DNA of 64,000 nucleotides from NCBI GenBank assembly GCA_047973085.1, contig JBKEBI010000070.1, positions 1,338-65,337 of the forward strand. Reading direction: 5' to 3'. This stretch comes from Bacilli bacterium. GTDB lineage: Bacteria > Bacillota_I > Bacilli_A > JBKEDG01. The position numbers and the translations under genes were made by a program. Of this stretch, positions 21,748 through 32,400 are shown in pieces (position 1 is the first letter of the stretch; every line of letters starts with the position of its first letter). The notes beneath the pieces are model-generated. The model did not search any database. It was not told the DNA's origin and saw nothing but the letters and a program-made list of their open reading frames with translations.

Positions 21748-22463
21748 AGTTCAACCTCACTTTTCACAGTACTTTCTACAAAATCATTTAATTCCTTAAC
21801 ACTCATTTCACTATATACATTAGCATCAATTGGAGAGTGAATATAAATAATAGCTCTCCCTTTCTTCATTTTCCAAGAGCTTGGATGTAAATCATGTGAA
21901 TGAGAGATTGAAACAGGAACTATTACAGATTTTTTTCTTGTAGCAACTTTTAAGCTACCAGATTTAAAATCTCTCATAATTCCACTATCTGTTCTAGTCC
22001 CCTCTGGAAAAATCACTAAATTTACCCCCTTTTTAAGTAAATCTCCTCCGTCTTTTATCATTTTCATACCTGATTTAACATTTTCACGATCTAAAAACAA
22101 GCAATCCATAATTTTCATATAGTGTGAAATTATAGGTACTTTTAAAATGGAGTCTTTAGAAATGAAAGATACTCCATAATTTTTAAATGTTAAAGAAAGT
22201 AATGGAATATCAAAATAACTCTGATGATTAGCTACCACCAAAAATCCATTATTTATACTTTTTAACTTGTCATATCCAACTACATCATATTTTATATTTC
22301 CAAATTTAAAAACAGAAGAAAAAACAAAGTTTGTTAATTTATAAATTTCATTATAATCCTTCTCATTTCCTCTAACAATATATTTAATATATCTATAAAA
22401 TACAATAGGAGATACTAAAATTAAATGAACAAAAACTAAAAAATAAATATATAATGCACGCAT
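21744..22463 (-). CDS. plsC: 1-acyl-sn-glycerol-3-phosphate acyltransferase
   Basis: Acyltransferase motifs NHQSYFD and FPEGTR, with an N-terminal TM helix. Confidence 0.8.
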   Translation of the reverse strand: MRALYIYFLVFVHLILVSPIVFYRYIKYIVRGNEKDYNEIYKLTNFVFSSVFKFGNIKYDVVGYDKLKSINNGFLVVANHQSYFDIPLLSLTFKNYGVSFISKDSILKVPIISHYMKIMDCLFLDRENVKSGMKMIKDGGDLLKKGVNLVIFPEGTRTDSGIMRDFKSGSLKVATRKKSVIVPVSISHSHDLHPSSWKMKKGRAIIYIHSPIDANVYSEMSVKELNDFVESTVKSEVEL

Positions 22464-22515
22464 ATAAATTCTCCTTTAATATATGATATAATATAACTAG
22501 AAAGGTGATGATAAA

Positions 22516-22884
22516 ATGAATATTGCTTTAATAGCCCACGATAAAAAGAAAGAGAAAATGATTGAGTTTGTTGAAGATTGGCAAGAATTTTTATTAGAAA
22601 ATACTTTATGGGGTACCAAAACTACAGGAACACTTATTAATGATAATACCAAATTAAATGTTCATTGCTTAAATTCTGGACCACTTGGTGGTGATCAAGA
22701 AATAGGTAGTATGATTGCTAAAGGTGAGCTTGATTTAATAATATTTTTTAGAGATCCTCTTACCGCACAACCTCATGAACCAGATGTTAGTGCATTAATC
22801 AGATTGTCAGACGTTTATGCTATTCCTACTGCAACAAATTTTACCTCGGCTTCACTAATAATGAAAGCTTTAACTTCAAGTTAA
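22516..22884 (+). CDS. mgsA: Methylglyoxal synthase
   Basis: 122 aa, [18 protein letters not shown]...[12 protein letters not shown]. Confidence 0.9.
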   Translation: MNIALIAHDKKKEKMIEFVEDWQEFLLENTLWGTKTTGTLINDNTKLNVHCLNSGPLGGDQEIGSMIAKGELDLIIFFRDPLTAQPHEPDVSALIRLSDVYAIPTATNFTSASLIMKALTSS

Positions 22885-22905
22885 AGTTTTTATTTTAGTA
22901 ATTTA

Positions 22906-23547
22906 TTATCCCTTCAGTAACTCCAGTAAACTAATTCCAGCACCTGCAACATTAACTGTGATATTTATCAAATCTAGAGCATACTTATTAAAAAATGATT
23001 CTTTAACGTGTTCGTCTTGATAGTTAGCAATAAGAGTATCAATATCTCTTTCTAGTATATTATGAGTAATCATTATTTCTTTGTATTTCTTAAGATTATT
23101 AACAAAAGAAGTGTTATTTATTGATTGATAATTAATTCCTCCATTTGTTGCTACTTGAACTGGCCCATTTGTTCCATCAATATTAATATTAGATTCTTTT
23201 TTTTCAGTTATAGGTATAACTTTATATAAAACAAATGGTCCTTTCGAAATATCATCTTTCATAAAATAATATTTTTTATCTATTAATTCAGATATTATAT
23301 ATTTATATCCCCCTTTGCTAGTTACTTCTTTATTTTGATAATTATCACTTAAAATAAAGCTTTGTTTATTGTCTTCATAATCTTTATATGGAAACCTTAA
23401 ACCAGTATCTCCGTTATCAAGCTTAAAGAAAGTTCCTGGTATTGATATTTTACTATAATCTGTATTAGCATCTTCTTTCATTTTTTTATTTATATAAATT
23501 ATATATAATATAAATAGCAGTAGCAATAATATAAGTAAAAATTTCAT
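22906..23547 (-). CDS. Membrane-anchored hypothetical protein
   Basis: N-terminal TM helix (MKFLLILLLLLFILYIIY) with no recognisable domain. Confidence 0.35.
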   Translation of the reverse strand: MKFLLILLLLLFILYIIYINKKMKEDANTDYSKISIPGTFFKLDNGDTGLRFPYKDYEDNKQSFILSDNYQNKEVTSKGGYKYIISELIDKKYYFMKDDISKGPFVLYKVIPITEKKESNINIDGTNGPVQVATNGGINYQSINNTSFVNNLKKYKEIMITHNILERDIDTLIANYQDEHVKESFFNKYALDLINITVNVAGAGISLLELLKG

Positions 23548-23594
23548 TTTATCAACTCCTTTTTTATCATTTTATATTAAGCACATGTTATCTA

Positions 23595-23933
23595 TCATAA
23601 TTCTATTATAACAAAAGTTGTAACATAAGTATCATTGTATGTAATACTAAGCTCAATGTTATATCCTTTATAGTCTACAATAGGCTTTCCTTTATCATTA
23701 GATAAGATTGTAATATCACTAAATTTCACTTCATCTATTCCAATTCCAAGCGCTTTAAAAATTGCTTCTTTTGAACTAAATCTAGAAGCAATAAATTTTT
23801 GTTTTTTACTATCTTGCAAAGTTTTAAAATATTTCTTTTCAGCTACAGATAAAAATTTTTTACAATACTTTTCATAATTGATTACCTTAAAGCGATCAAT
23901 ACGCTCAGAATCAACACCAATCATAAAATTCAT
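23595..23933 (-). CDS. acpS: Holo-[acyl-carrier-protein] synthase
   Basis: An internal start at MNFMIGVDSERIDRF gives about 113 aa of AcpS. The ORF-track start at 24026 overlaps ddl and is unlikely. Confidence 0.75.
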   Translation of the reverse strand: MNFMIGVDSERIDRFKVINYEKYCKKFLSVAEKKYFKTLQDSKKQKFIASRFSSKEAIFKALGIGIDEVKFSDITILSNDKGKPIVDYKGYNIELSITYNDTYVTTFVIIEL

Positions 23934-23934
23934 T

Positions 23935-25062
23935 TTATTTACCCTTTTTTCCCTTAAAATTACCTTTTTCAAGAACATTAGTATCATAACTACTAATCTT
24001 ACTAGCTTTAATACGCTTTTTTTCAATAGCTAAATTAATCAACTCTTTATATAAATCTAACTTACTCACTCCAGAATAATCCCATAAATAATACGCAAGT
24101 GAACCTGGAATAGTATTAACTTCATTAATGTAGACATCATCATTATAAATCATCAAATCAAAACGAACTACTCCTGATAAATTTAACTTTTTAAACGCAT
24201 CAAGACACATTTTTTGTGCTTTCAATGTTAGTTCTTCATTAATTCTTGCTGGAATATGTCTACCTGTTGAAGCCATTCCTTTTGATTTAGAACCACTCAT
24301 ATATTTACTTTCAAAAGATAAAAAATCTTCGCAAAGAATTTCTTCAAGTACACTAGCCTTAGCATTTTTATAACTTCCAAGTATTGAACAGTTAACCTCC
24401 AAAAAATCTGAAATCTTGTTTTCAATTACAACTTTTGTATCATATTTAAACGCCTCATTAAGTGCAGCTTCTAATTCATCCTCACTATCGCAAAATCCAA
24501 TTCCTACACTACTTCCTAAAGTTGCAGGTTTTAACACAACTGGATATGTAAGACTTTTAACTTGTGCTTTTATTTCATCAACTGACATTGCGTCACTAAT
24601 ATTAATATAGTCTACAACATTAAAATTATTTGCTTTTAAAATATCTTTAGTAAATGTCTTATCTTGACCAATTACACTACCATAATGAGAAGGCCCTGTA
24701 TACTCAAGCCCTATTACATCTAAAAAACCTTGTAATCTACCATCTTCCCCCATTGCTCCATGCATAGCCAAAAAAGCCAAGTCAATTTGATGTTTTTTTC
24801 CAAATAACTTGTTTTCAACTACATATACTTGATTTCCAATACGTTCAAAGTGAACTTCAATACTCTTACTTACAACCTCATCTAAATTTTTATAATTATC
24901 AAGTTTTGATAAATTATCGCCAATATAAAATTTTCCATTTTTAGCATAATAAACATTCATAACATCATAACTACTTATTAATTCTTCATAAATTTGCATT
25001 GCAGTAATAATACTTATTTCATGCTCTACACTAATTCCACCATAAATTAATCCAAGTCTCAT
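23935..25062 (-). CDS. ddl: D-alanine--D-alanine ligase
   Basis: MRLGLIYGGISVEHEISI... with an ATP-grasp fold. Confidence 0.9.
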   Translation of the reverse strand: MRLGLIYGGISVEHEISIITAMQIYEELISSYDVMNVYYAKNGKFYIGDNLSKLDNYKNLDEVVSKSIEVHFERIGNQVYVVENKLFGKKHQIDLAFLAMHGAMGEDGRLQGFLDVIGLEYTGPSHYGSVIGQDKTFTKDILKANNFNVVDYINISDAMSVDEIKAQVKSLTYPVVLKPATLGSSVGIGFCDSEDELEAALNEAFKYDTKVVIENKISDFLEVNCSILGSYKNAKASVLEEILCEDFLSFESKYMSGSKSKGMASTGRHIPARINEELTLKAQKMCLDAFKKLNLSGVVRFDLMIYNDDVYINEVNTIPGSLAYYLWDYSGVSKLDLYKELINLAIEKKRIKASKISSYDTNVLEKGNFKGKKGK

Positions 25063-25064
25063 AT

Positions 25065-25685
25065 TTATTCACCCATTGTTTTTTGTACATGATATGCTAG
25101 AACTAATAATTCACTACTTAAATCAACATTATGTACAGCTGTTTTTATAGTACTTGCAAAACGTTCAGTAGTAAAGTTTAATATCCCACGTATATTACAA
25201 TTTGTTAAATTATCAACTACTGTCTGTGCATTTTCGTTATTAACGCAAACAATAGCGATTTCTGCATCATCATAAATTGAACAGCCTTCTCCAAGCTTCT
25301 CAATTTTTATACCATTAATCTCTTTTCCAATTAATAATGGATTTGCATCATATGCTTTAGTAATTACAAGACCAAATTCTGCTTCAAAATCATAGTTAAG
25401 TAATGCAGTTCCTAAATTACCTACACCAATTAAAATTGCATGCATTGTTTTAATTCCCAATTCTTTCTTAAAAATTTCAACTAAATAATCAACATTATAA
25501 CCGTATCCTTGCTTTCCAAGTTCTCCAATCATTGAAAAATCTCTACGAATAGTAGAAGCCTGAATATTTAGATAATCAGCAAGCTCTGAACTTTTAACCT
25601 TATCTATTCCCAATTTCTGTAACCTTCTAAGACCTTGATAATATATAGGTACTCTTTTATTTGTTGCACTAAAATTATTTATCAT
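25065..25685 (-). CDS. rex: Redox-sensing transcriptional repressor Rex
   Basis: Winged helix followed by a Rossmann fold (ILIGVGNLGTALL). Confidence 0.9.
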   Translation of the reverse strand: MINNFSATNKRVPIYYQGLRRLQKLGIDKVKSSELADYLNIQASTIRRDFSMIGELGKQGYGYNVDYLVEIFKKELGIKTMHAILIGVGNLGTALLNYDFEAEFGLVITKAYDANPLLIGKEINGIKIEKLGEGCSIYDDAEIAIVCVNNENAQTVVDNLTNCNIRGILNFTTERFASTIKTAVHNVDLSSELLVLAYHVQKTMGE

Positions 25686-26691
25686 TATAACACTCCTCTA
25701 ACTTTAAATTTGGATTAGCATTAATACCATAATCGCTAAAATCATTTTTTAAATATTGATGATATGCAACAGCACCAATCATTACTGCATTATCTGTACA
25801 ATATTTTATACTTGGTATAACTAGATCAATATCAATATTAGTTTCTAGCTGATCTCTTAAATAACTATTGGCAGCAACTCCTCCTGCAACAACTAATTGT
25901 TTAATATCATGCATTTTAATTGCTTTAGTTGTTTTATCGACCAACTGCATAACTGCCAGTTTTTGAAAACTATAACAAACATCTTCTTCATTAATACTAT
26001 CTAGCTTCATTTTCGCACTATTAACATAGTTTACTATTGCAGTCTTAAGACCACTATATGAGAAACTATTAAGACTACTATCATATTTATAATTTAAATC
26101 AATTTCGCTCTTGCTAAGCTTAGCAAGTCTGTCTATGTGTGGTCCACCAGGATAAGGTAGTTTTAAAACACGAGCTACTTTATCAAATGTTTCTCCAATA
26201 GCATCATCAGTTGTTTTAAATAACACTTCAAAATTTAAATCTTCTTTCATATAAATAAGTTCAGTATGTCCTCCACTAACTACCAATGCCATTAATGGAA
26301 ACTTTAATTCAGATTCAATATTATTAGCATAAATATGTCCTGCAATATGATGGACACCAATTAAAGGTTTATCATAACAAAACGAAAGTGTTTTAGCTGA
26401 TTCAATACCTACAAGAAGCGCACCAACAAGCCCTGGACCCATAGTTGTTGCAATAGCATCAATCTCATCAAAATCAACACCTGCTTCTTTAATTGCCTTA
26501 TCAACAACATATGTAATTTGTTCTGCATGTAGTCTTGATGCAATTTCTGGAATTACTCCTCCTGTTTGAGTATGGGTTTTAATTTGTGAAGAAACAATAT
26601 TACTTAATACAGTTTTACCATTTTCAACAACTGCACAACTCGTTTCATCACAACTTGTCTCAATCGCAAGAATTTTAATGTTTTTCATCAT
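25675..26691 (-). CDS. tsaD: tRNA N6-adenosine threonylcarbamoyltransferase
   Basis: ILAIETSCDETSCAV ... HIAGHI. Confidence 0.95.
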   Translation of the reverse strand: MMKNIKILAIETSCDETSCAVVENGKTVLSNIVSSQIKTHTQTGGVIPEIASRLHAEQITYVVDKAIKEAGVDFDEIDAIATTMGPGLVGALLVGIESAKTLSFCYDKPLIGVHHIAGHIYANNIESELKFPLMALVVSGGHTELIYMKEDLNFEVLFKTTDDAIGETFDKVARVLKLPYPGGPHIDRLAKLSKSEIDLNYKYDSSLNSFSYSGLKTAIVNYVNSAKMKLDSINEEDVCYSFQKLAVMQLVDKTTKAIKMHDIKQLVVAGGVAANSYLRDQLETNIDIDLVIPSIKYCTDNAVMIGAVAYHQYLKNDFSDYGINANPNLKLEECYNDK

Positions 26692-26696
26692 ATCAC

Positions 26697-27305
26697 CTAC
26701 ACTTCTGAATCTATTTTTTTTATGTACTTTGGTTTAAATGTATAATAGTCTTCTAAAACACTTAATTTTTTAAAACATTCTATATCAAAGTATGAAAAAT
26801 CACTAATAATTTTAGTAGAAATATTAATAAATTCTCTCGTAGAAACAACCAGACAATCATCTCTTAAATCACAATATTCAACGACATCTGGGTCTTCATC
26901 TACTCCTTCATAAACACTCATATCATCTTTATCTAAAAACCCATAGTAGTATTTGTAACTTCTAGCATCATCTATACCTATTACTTTTCTATTTTCAACA
27001 AATAAATTATAAAATAATATTGAGCTAAATGAATAAAGCTCGGTATTTAAAGCATAACTCATAGTTTTAGCTACAGATAAAGCAAGTCTTATCCCAGTAA
27101 AAGCTCCGGGTCCTCTTCCACAATATATTTTGACAATTTTTGATTTATCACATGAGTTTTCATCTAGAAATAGTATTAACTCATTTAATAAATATTTTGA
27201 AATTTCTCTTCCTACATCAACACGTTTAAAAACATATCCCTCATCTTTTATTAAACCAAGCATAATAAATTCTCTACTTGTATCAATTACTAATTCATAG
27301 CTCAT
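26697..27305 (-). CDS. tsaB: tRNA threonylcarbamoyladenosine biosynthesis protein TsaB
   Basis: YeaZ-like N-terminus; adjacent to tsaD and tsaE. Confidence 0.8.
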   Translation of the reverse strand: MSYELVIDTSREFIMLGLIKDEGYVFKRVDVGREISKYLLNELILFLDENSCDKSKIVKIYCGRGPGAFTGIRLALSVAKTMSYALNTELYSFSSILFYNLFVENRKVIGIDDARSYKYYYGFLDKDDMSVYEGVDEDPDVVEYCDLRDDCLVVSTREFINISTKIISDFSYFDIECFKKLSVLEDYYTFKPKYIKKIDSEV

Positions 27306-27747
27306 AGGAGTTCACCTTACTTTCCAATTCATCTTTATTTACAAAACTCAAAGTTATTTTCCTAGATTCTTCTCCTAAGTGTTCAATATATAACTGAACA
27401 TATGAATAAGGTAAAAAATTACTTATAAATTCTGGCCATTCAATTACAGTAATACCACTATTATAATAATCAAAAATATAGCTAACATCTTCATCTATAC
27501 CTTCTAACCGATATGCATCAATATGATAAAGTGAAATATTTTCATTGTGATATTCTTTTGCTAAAGTAAAAGTTGGAGACATGATTTCTTCTTCTATACC
27601 TAAAAATTTTGCAAAATATTTAGTAAAAAATGTTTTCCCTGCACCTAAATCTCCATTTAGTAAAATAACATCTCTACTTTTACATAATTTTGCAAACATT
27701 TTAGCAACATCAATCATCTCTTGCTTATTATTAACAGTAATTTGCAT
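27295..27747 (-). CDS. tsaE: tRNA threonylcarbamoyladenosine biosynthesis ATPase TsaE
   Basis: GDLGAGKTFFTK P-loop, 150 aa. Confidence 0.85.
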   Translation of the reverse strand: MQITVNNKQEMIDVAKMFAKLCKSRDVILLNGDLGAGKTFFTKYFAKFLGIEEEIMSPTFTLAKEYHNENISLYHIDAYRLEGIDEDVSYIFDYYNSGITVIEWPEFISNFLPYSYVQLYIEHLGEESRKITLSFVNKDELESKVNSYEL

Positions 27748-27861
27748 ACAATCACCTCCTAAATATTATAACATATTTCACAAAGGTTTTATATCAAAAA
27801 TATAAATTTGTTTAAATTTCACAAAAAAAGAATACAATAATAATAATTGTATTCTAAAATC

Positions 27862-28407
27862 TTAAATTGTCATTAAATCTTTTTCTTTTTTACTACAAAT
27901 TTCATCAATTAGTTTATTATACTTATTAGTTAATTCTTGAACATCTTCCATAAAAGCTTTTTGTTCATCTTCTCTTAAATCAGATTTTTTTAATTCATCA
28001 TTTGCATCTTTTCTTGAATTTCTAATCTCCACTTTAATATTTTCCCCAATTTTTTTCACATCTTTAACTAAAGATTTTCTAGTTTCTTCAGTAATTGCCG
28101 GAAAATTAATTCTAATATTTTCTCCATCATTATTTGGAACAAGATTTAAATTTGCTTCATTAATTGCAACCTCAATATCCTTTAATGAATTTTTATCAAA
28201 AGGCTTTATCAATAATTGTCTAGCTTCTGAAACACTTATTACAGCAATTTGATTTAATGGAGTAGCAGTTCCATAATAATCAGCACTAAGTCCATCAAGC
28301 ACAGCTGGATTTGCTCTACCTGTTCTTAATTTATCTAATTCACTATTTAATCTTTCAATCGCTTTTTTCATTCTTTCTTCACATTGATTTATAATTATAT
28401 CACTCAT
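27862..28407 (-). CDS. frr: Ribosome recycling factor
   Basis: 181 aa with a canonical Frr sequence. Confidence 0.95.
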   Translation of the reverse strand: MSDIIINQCEERMKKAIERLNSELDKLRTGRANPAVLDGLSADYYGTATPLNQIAVISVSEARQLLIKPFDKNSLKDIEVAINEANLNLVPNNDGENIRINFPAITEETRKSLVKDVKKIGENIKVEIRNSRKDANDELKKSDLREDEQKAFMEDVQELTNKYNKLIDEICSKKEKDLMTI

Positions 28408-28418
28408 AAAACTCTCCT

Positions 28419-29129
28419 TTATTTTGTAATTACCGTTCCGATTTCTTCACCTTCAATAACACGTAAAATATTACCTGACTCATTCAAATTAAATACAACG
28501 ATTGGAATATTATTTTCTTTTCCCATTGTAACTGCAGTAAGGTCCATTACTTGTAATTCTTTTGCAACCATTTCGTCATATGTTAAATTATCAAATTTTT
28601 TGGCATTTGCATTTACTTTAGGATCGCTATCGTAGACACCATCAACATAGTTTTTAGCCATTAGAATTACGTCTGCATTAATCTCAGCGGCTCTTAAACA
28701 ACTCGCTGAATCAGTTGAAAAATATGGAGAACCTGTTCCACCTACAAAAATTACAACTCTTTTGTTTTCTAAATGCTTTAAGGCGCGGCCTCTAATATAA
28801 GGTTCAGCAACACGGTTTGCTTCAATAGAAGTCATTACACGATTATCAACGCCCTCACTGTTTAGACCATCACTTATAGCAAGTCCATTCATCATTGTCG
28901 CAAGCATTCCCATATAATCAGCAGTAGAACGATCCATTCCAAGCTCACTTGCAATTTTTCCACGCCAAATATTTCCACCTCCAACAACTATAGCAATTTC
29001 TACACCTTTTTCATATAGTTGCTTTATTTCCTTTGAAATTTCAAAAATAATGCTTGGATTAATTACATTGTCATCATCAGCTTTAAGTGCCTCACCACTA
29101 AGTTTTAGTAACACACGCTTATATTTCAT
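28419..29129 (-). CDS. pyrH: UMP kinase
   Basis: [13 protein letters not shown] ... canonical PyrH. Confidence 0.95.
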   Translation of the reverse strand: MKYKRVLLKLSGEALKADDDNVINPSIIFEISKEIKQLYEKGVEIAIVVGGGNIWRGKIASELGMDRSTADYMGMLATMMNGLAISDGLNSEGVDNRVMTSIEANRVAEPYIRGRALKHLENKRVVIFVGGTGSPYFSTDSASCLRAAEINADVILMAKNYVDGVYDSDPKVNANAKKFDNLTYDEMVAKELQVMDLTAVTMGKENNIPIVVFNLNESGNILRVIEGEEIGTVITK

Positions 29130-29172
29130 AAGTTCCTCCTTATTATTTTTAAAAAGAACACAAAGTGTTCTT

Positions 29173-30054
29173 TTACATTCTTGCTTGACTCATTACTTCT
29201 TCAGCAAAGTTATCTTCCTTCTTTTCAATACCTTCACCTACAGTGTATGTTACAAACGAAAGAATTTCACATCCTAGTGACTTAGTAAATTGATCCATTG
29301 TTTGTTCAGGATTCTTAAAATATTTTTGTTCTTTCAAACAAACTTCCTCAAAATATTTTCTCATTCTTCCTTCAACCATCTTATCAACAATATTTTCAGG
29401 TCTACCTTCATTTAAAGCTTGAGTTCTTAAAATCTCACGCTCTGCATCTAAGCTAGCTTGATCTACATCAGCAGAACTAACAAATTTCGCTCCCATTGCA
29501 GCAACTTGCATAGAACTTTCACGTGCAGCTTCATAACTATCTCCTTCAACTACTGACAACACAGCAATTCTTCCTCCTTGGTGTAAATAATCACCAAAAG
29601 TTTGCGTCGAAGTTTTTTCAATTACTTCAAATCTTCTAAAAGTTAATTTTTCACCAATAATTGCTTGTTTAGTAGCCATATATGTCTCTAAAGTTTCCCC
29701 AGCTACATCAATTTTCAATGCTTCTTCCATGTTAGCAGGCTTACTTGCAAGAATAGCATTTGTTACAGTATCAACTACATCTAAAAACATTTCGTTCTTA
29801 GCAACAAAATCTGTCTCTGCATTAATTTCACAAATTGCAGCAAAATTACCATCAATAGCAATCTTTGCTAAACCTTCAGCAGCAATACGATCAGCTTTCT
29901 TACCAGCAGAAGCAATTCCCTTTTCACGTAACCAAGTTAATGAAGCTTCAATATCATTATCATTAGCTTCTAAAGCTTTCTTACAATCTAAAATCCCTGC
30001 TCCTGATTTTTCTCTTAATTCTTTTACTAAATTCATTACACTCATTTTATGCAC
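29173..30054 (-). CDS. tsf: Elongation factor Ts
   Basis: [23 protein letters not shown]-like N-terminus; 293 aa. Confidence 0.95.
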   Translation of the reverse strand: MHKMSVMNLVKELREKSGAGILDCKKALEANDNDIEASLTWLREKGIASAGKKADRIAAEGLAKIAIDGNFAAICEINAETDFVAKNEMFLDVVDTVTNAILASKPANMEEALKIDVAGETLETYMATKQAIIGEKLTFRRFEVIEKTSTQTFGDYLHQGGRIAVLSVVEGDSYEAARESSMQVAAMGAKFVSSADVDQASLDAEREILRTQALNEGRPENIVDKMVEGRMRKYFEEVCLKEQKYFKNPEQTMDQFTKSLGCEILSFVTYTVGEGIEKKEDNFAEEVMSQARM

Positions 30055-30138
30055 TCCTTTTTAACTATCCATAGTATATATTATCAAAATACAGTATAAA
30101 AATCAATAACAAACGATAAATATACCACTTAAAATAGT

Positions 30139-30810
30139 TTAATACTCAATAGTTTCACTACCATATGCTATATTACCATAAACTTCCATATTAATAAAAA
30201 ATTGAAAATGTGGATTATCAAAGAAATTTGATATTTCTTCCAACAAATTTTCTCCTCCATTAGGTTGATACATCGAATCTACCATTGCATAATTAATATT
30301 AATACTGCTTAATTCATTGCTTTCATCAAAGCTAAATATATATTGATGTCTAGAACCATTAATAGTATCAGCCTCATCTATCTCCTCGACAATGCACGTA
30401 ACAACTCGATCCTGAAGACTACAAGTACTAGTGTCTATATCATATAGACTAGTCATTCCATAAGAAATATTGCTCAATTCCACTGACGGAGACTTTAAGT
30501 TACTTTCTAACGTGAATTCATTTTCTCCGATGCTTTCAGTTGTTCCAATTAAACTTACATTTCCAGAAGATAACGTTCCAGAATATGTTGTAATACTAGC
30601 TCCACCTTGTAAAACACCTGCTGAAAATTCTCCGTTAACACTTCCTTGCTTAGAAGAATCAATACTTTCTATTACGATGTCGTAGTATTCTCTTTCAGTC
30701 AACACATTTTCTTCTATATTTGTTGTTTCATCAGAAGAATTATCAGTTGTTTCGCTACTGCATCCAACAAATAATACTAAAGCACTAAATATTAAAAAGA
30801 TTTTATTCAT
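30139..30810 (-). CDS. Lipoprotein, function unknown
   Basis: MNKIFLIFSALVLFVGCSS lipobox, followed by an S/T/G-rich extracellular region. Confidence 0.45.
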   Translation of the reverse strand: MNKIFLIFSALVLFVGCSSETTDNSSDETTNIEENVLTEREYYDIVIESIDSSKQGSVNGEFSAGVLQGGASITTYSGTLSSGNVSLIGTTESIGENEFTLESNLKSPSVELSNISYGMTSLYDIDTSTCSLQDRVVTCIVEEIDEADTINGSRHQYIFSFDESNELSSININYAMVDSMYQPNGGENLLEEISNFFDNPHFQFFINMEVYGNIAYGSETIEY

Positions 30811-30896
30811 AAATATCCCTCCACTTCTTAACTATATTATAAAATAATTATAAAGTAAAGTAAATAAAATAGTATAAGATCTTTAATTGTATAGTA

Positions 30897-31820
30897 TTAT
30901 TTAAACTCTATTTCACTAATATCATTTAATAAATTTTCTAAATACTCAACCGTAGCTTCATCAACATCAGTTAGCGGATTATACTCTACAATATCTATAG
31001 ATACAATTTCAAAATTTTTATTTATTTCTCTTATTAATTTAATGGGATCTTCTAACTCAAGACCTCCAACTACAGGTGTTGAAACACCTTTTATTAATTT
31101 AGGATTTATTCCATCTAAATCAAGTGAAATATGTACTTTTGTAGTAATTTTTTTTAAATAATCAATTGCTTCTGCTAAGCATACGTCAAAAGATTTATTT
31201 TTAATAATTTTATCACTATACTCTTTAATATCATATTTTTCTATTAGCTTTTTTTCTTCATTATCAACTGCTCTAATAGCAAAATAAACAATATTTTCTG
31301 GTTTAATTCTTTTTTTATTACCTAAATTATTATATTTTTCATCATTAATTCCAAGTAATCCAGAAACTGGCATTCCATGAATATTGCCACTTTCACTAAT
31401 TTCAAAAGTATTAAGATCAGCATGAGCATCAATCCAAATAAGACCGATTTCTTCCTTAGTAGCTTCCATACTTGCTTTAACACTACCTAATGCCAACGAG
31501 TGATCTCCTCCAACTGTAATAACTAAATTCCCATTATTTAAGTCATTTAAATTTTTATTATAAATTTCTAAACTTGCATTATAAACTGTATTATAAAATT
31601 TGCAATTTGTTTGCTTCATATCTTCATCACAAAGTTTATGATTTAAATAATCAATCCGCTCAGCTAAATTTGGCTTTAATTTATTAATCATTATGTAGCC
31701 ATGAGCAATTCCTAATACATTTGCTCCAAATCCTATATCACTCATATTTAATTTTATATTTTTCATATTATATTCTCCTATATTTTTATCCAATATAAAA
31801 GAAGAAATGGCTTTCTTCAT
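30897..31820 (-). CDS. Arginase-family ureohydrolase (arginase-like)
   Basis: GGDHSLALG, DAHADLNT, SGNIHGMPVSGLLG and SLDLDGINP metal-binding motifs. The true start may be the internal MKNIKLNMSDIG. Confidence 0.75.
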   Translation of the reverse strand: MKKAISSFILDKNIGEYNMKNIKLNMSDIGFGANVLGIAHGYIMINKLKPNLAERIDYLNHKLCDEDMKQTNCKFYNTVYNASLEIYNKNLNDLNNGNLVITVGGDHSLALGSVKASMEATKEEIGLIWIDAHADLNTFEISESGNIHGMPVSGLLGINDEKYNNLGNKKRIKPENIVYFAIRAVDNEEKKLIEKYDIKEYSDKIIKNKSFDVCLAEAIDYLKKITTKVHISLDLDGINPKLIKGVSTPVVGGLELEDPIKLIREINKNFEIVSIDIVEYNPLTDVDEATVEYLENLLNDISEIEFK

Positions 31821-31827
31821 TTATATC

Positions 31828-32400
31828 TTACTTATTCTTTATAGCACGCTCTATCTTATGCATAAAATTTCTTTCTAAATTGTATTTCCCCAAATAATAA
31901 TTAAAGCTTCTCTCACATTCTTCATAAGTCAAACTTTCAACTTCAAGTTCATAATCAACATTTCCATTTGCATAAATATTCTCATCTAGAAAAAGAATGT
32001 GATCATCATACTTACAAACAGTTCTATTTGTTGTAAATACATTATAATTTGTAACTTTAGAAAGATTTATGTTATGATCCATCAAATAATCTAAGATGAC
32101 TTCTGACTCTATAATATTTTCCTCTAACACTCTATCTAACTCACACTTTCCTAGAAAATCACTTACTTCAATATAATAGTATTTATCTTTCTCTTCTACT
32201 TTATGCTTAATAGTAATTTGATTACAATGATCTTTCTCTCTAATTCTAAGTGCCATATTATAACTGTTTAACATCTCATCTTCAGTGTCAAAATAATGGT
32301 TAATATGCGAATATTGTTCAGACACTTTATTTTCACTTAAAATTATATCAAATAACTCTTTAGAAACTAGTGCTTTAAATTCTATCTCTATATTTTTCAC
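31828..32400 (-). CDS. CYTH-domain protein (YjbK-like triphosphate tunnel metalloenzyme)
   Basis: IEIEFKALV ... HYFDT ... ALRIRE ... YELEVE pattern, about 190 aa. Confidence 0.5.
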   Translation of the reverse strand: MKNIEIEFKALVSKELFDIILSENKVSEQYSHINHYFDTEDEMLNSYNMALRIREKDHCNQITIKHKVEEKDKYYYIEVSDFLGKCELDRVLEENIIESEVILDYLMDHNINLSKVTNYNVFTTNRTVCKYDDHILFLDENIYANGNVDYELEVESLTYEECERSFNYYLGKYNLERNFMHKIERAIKNK

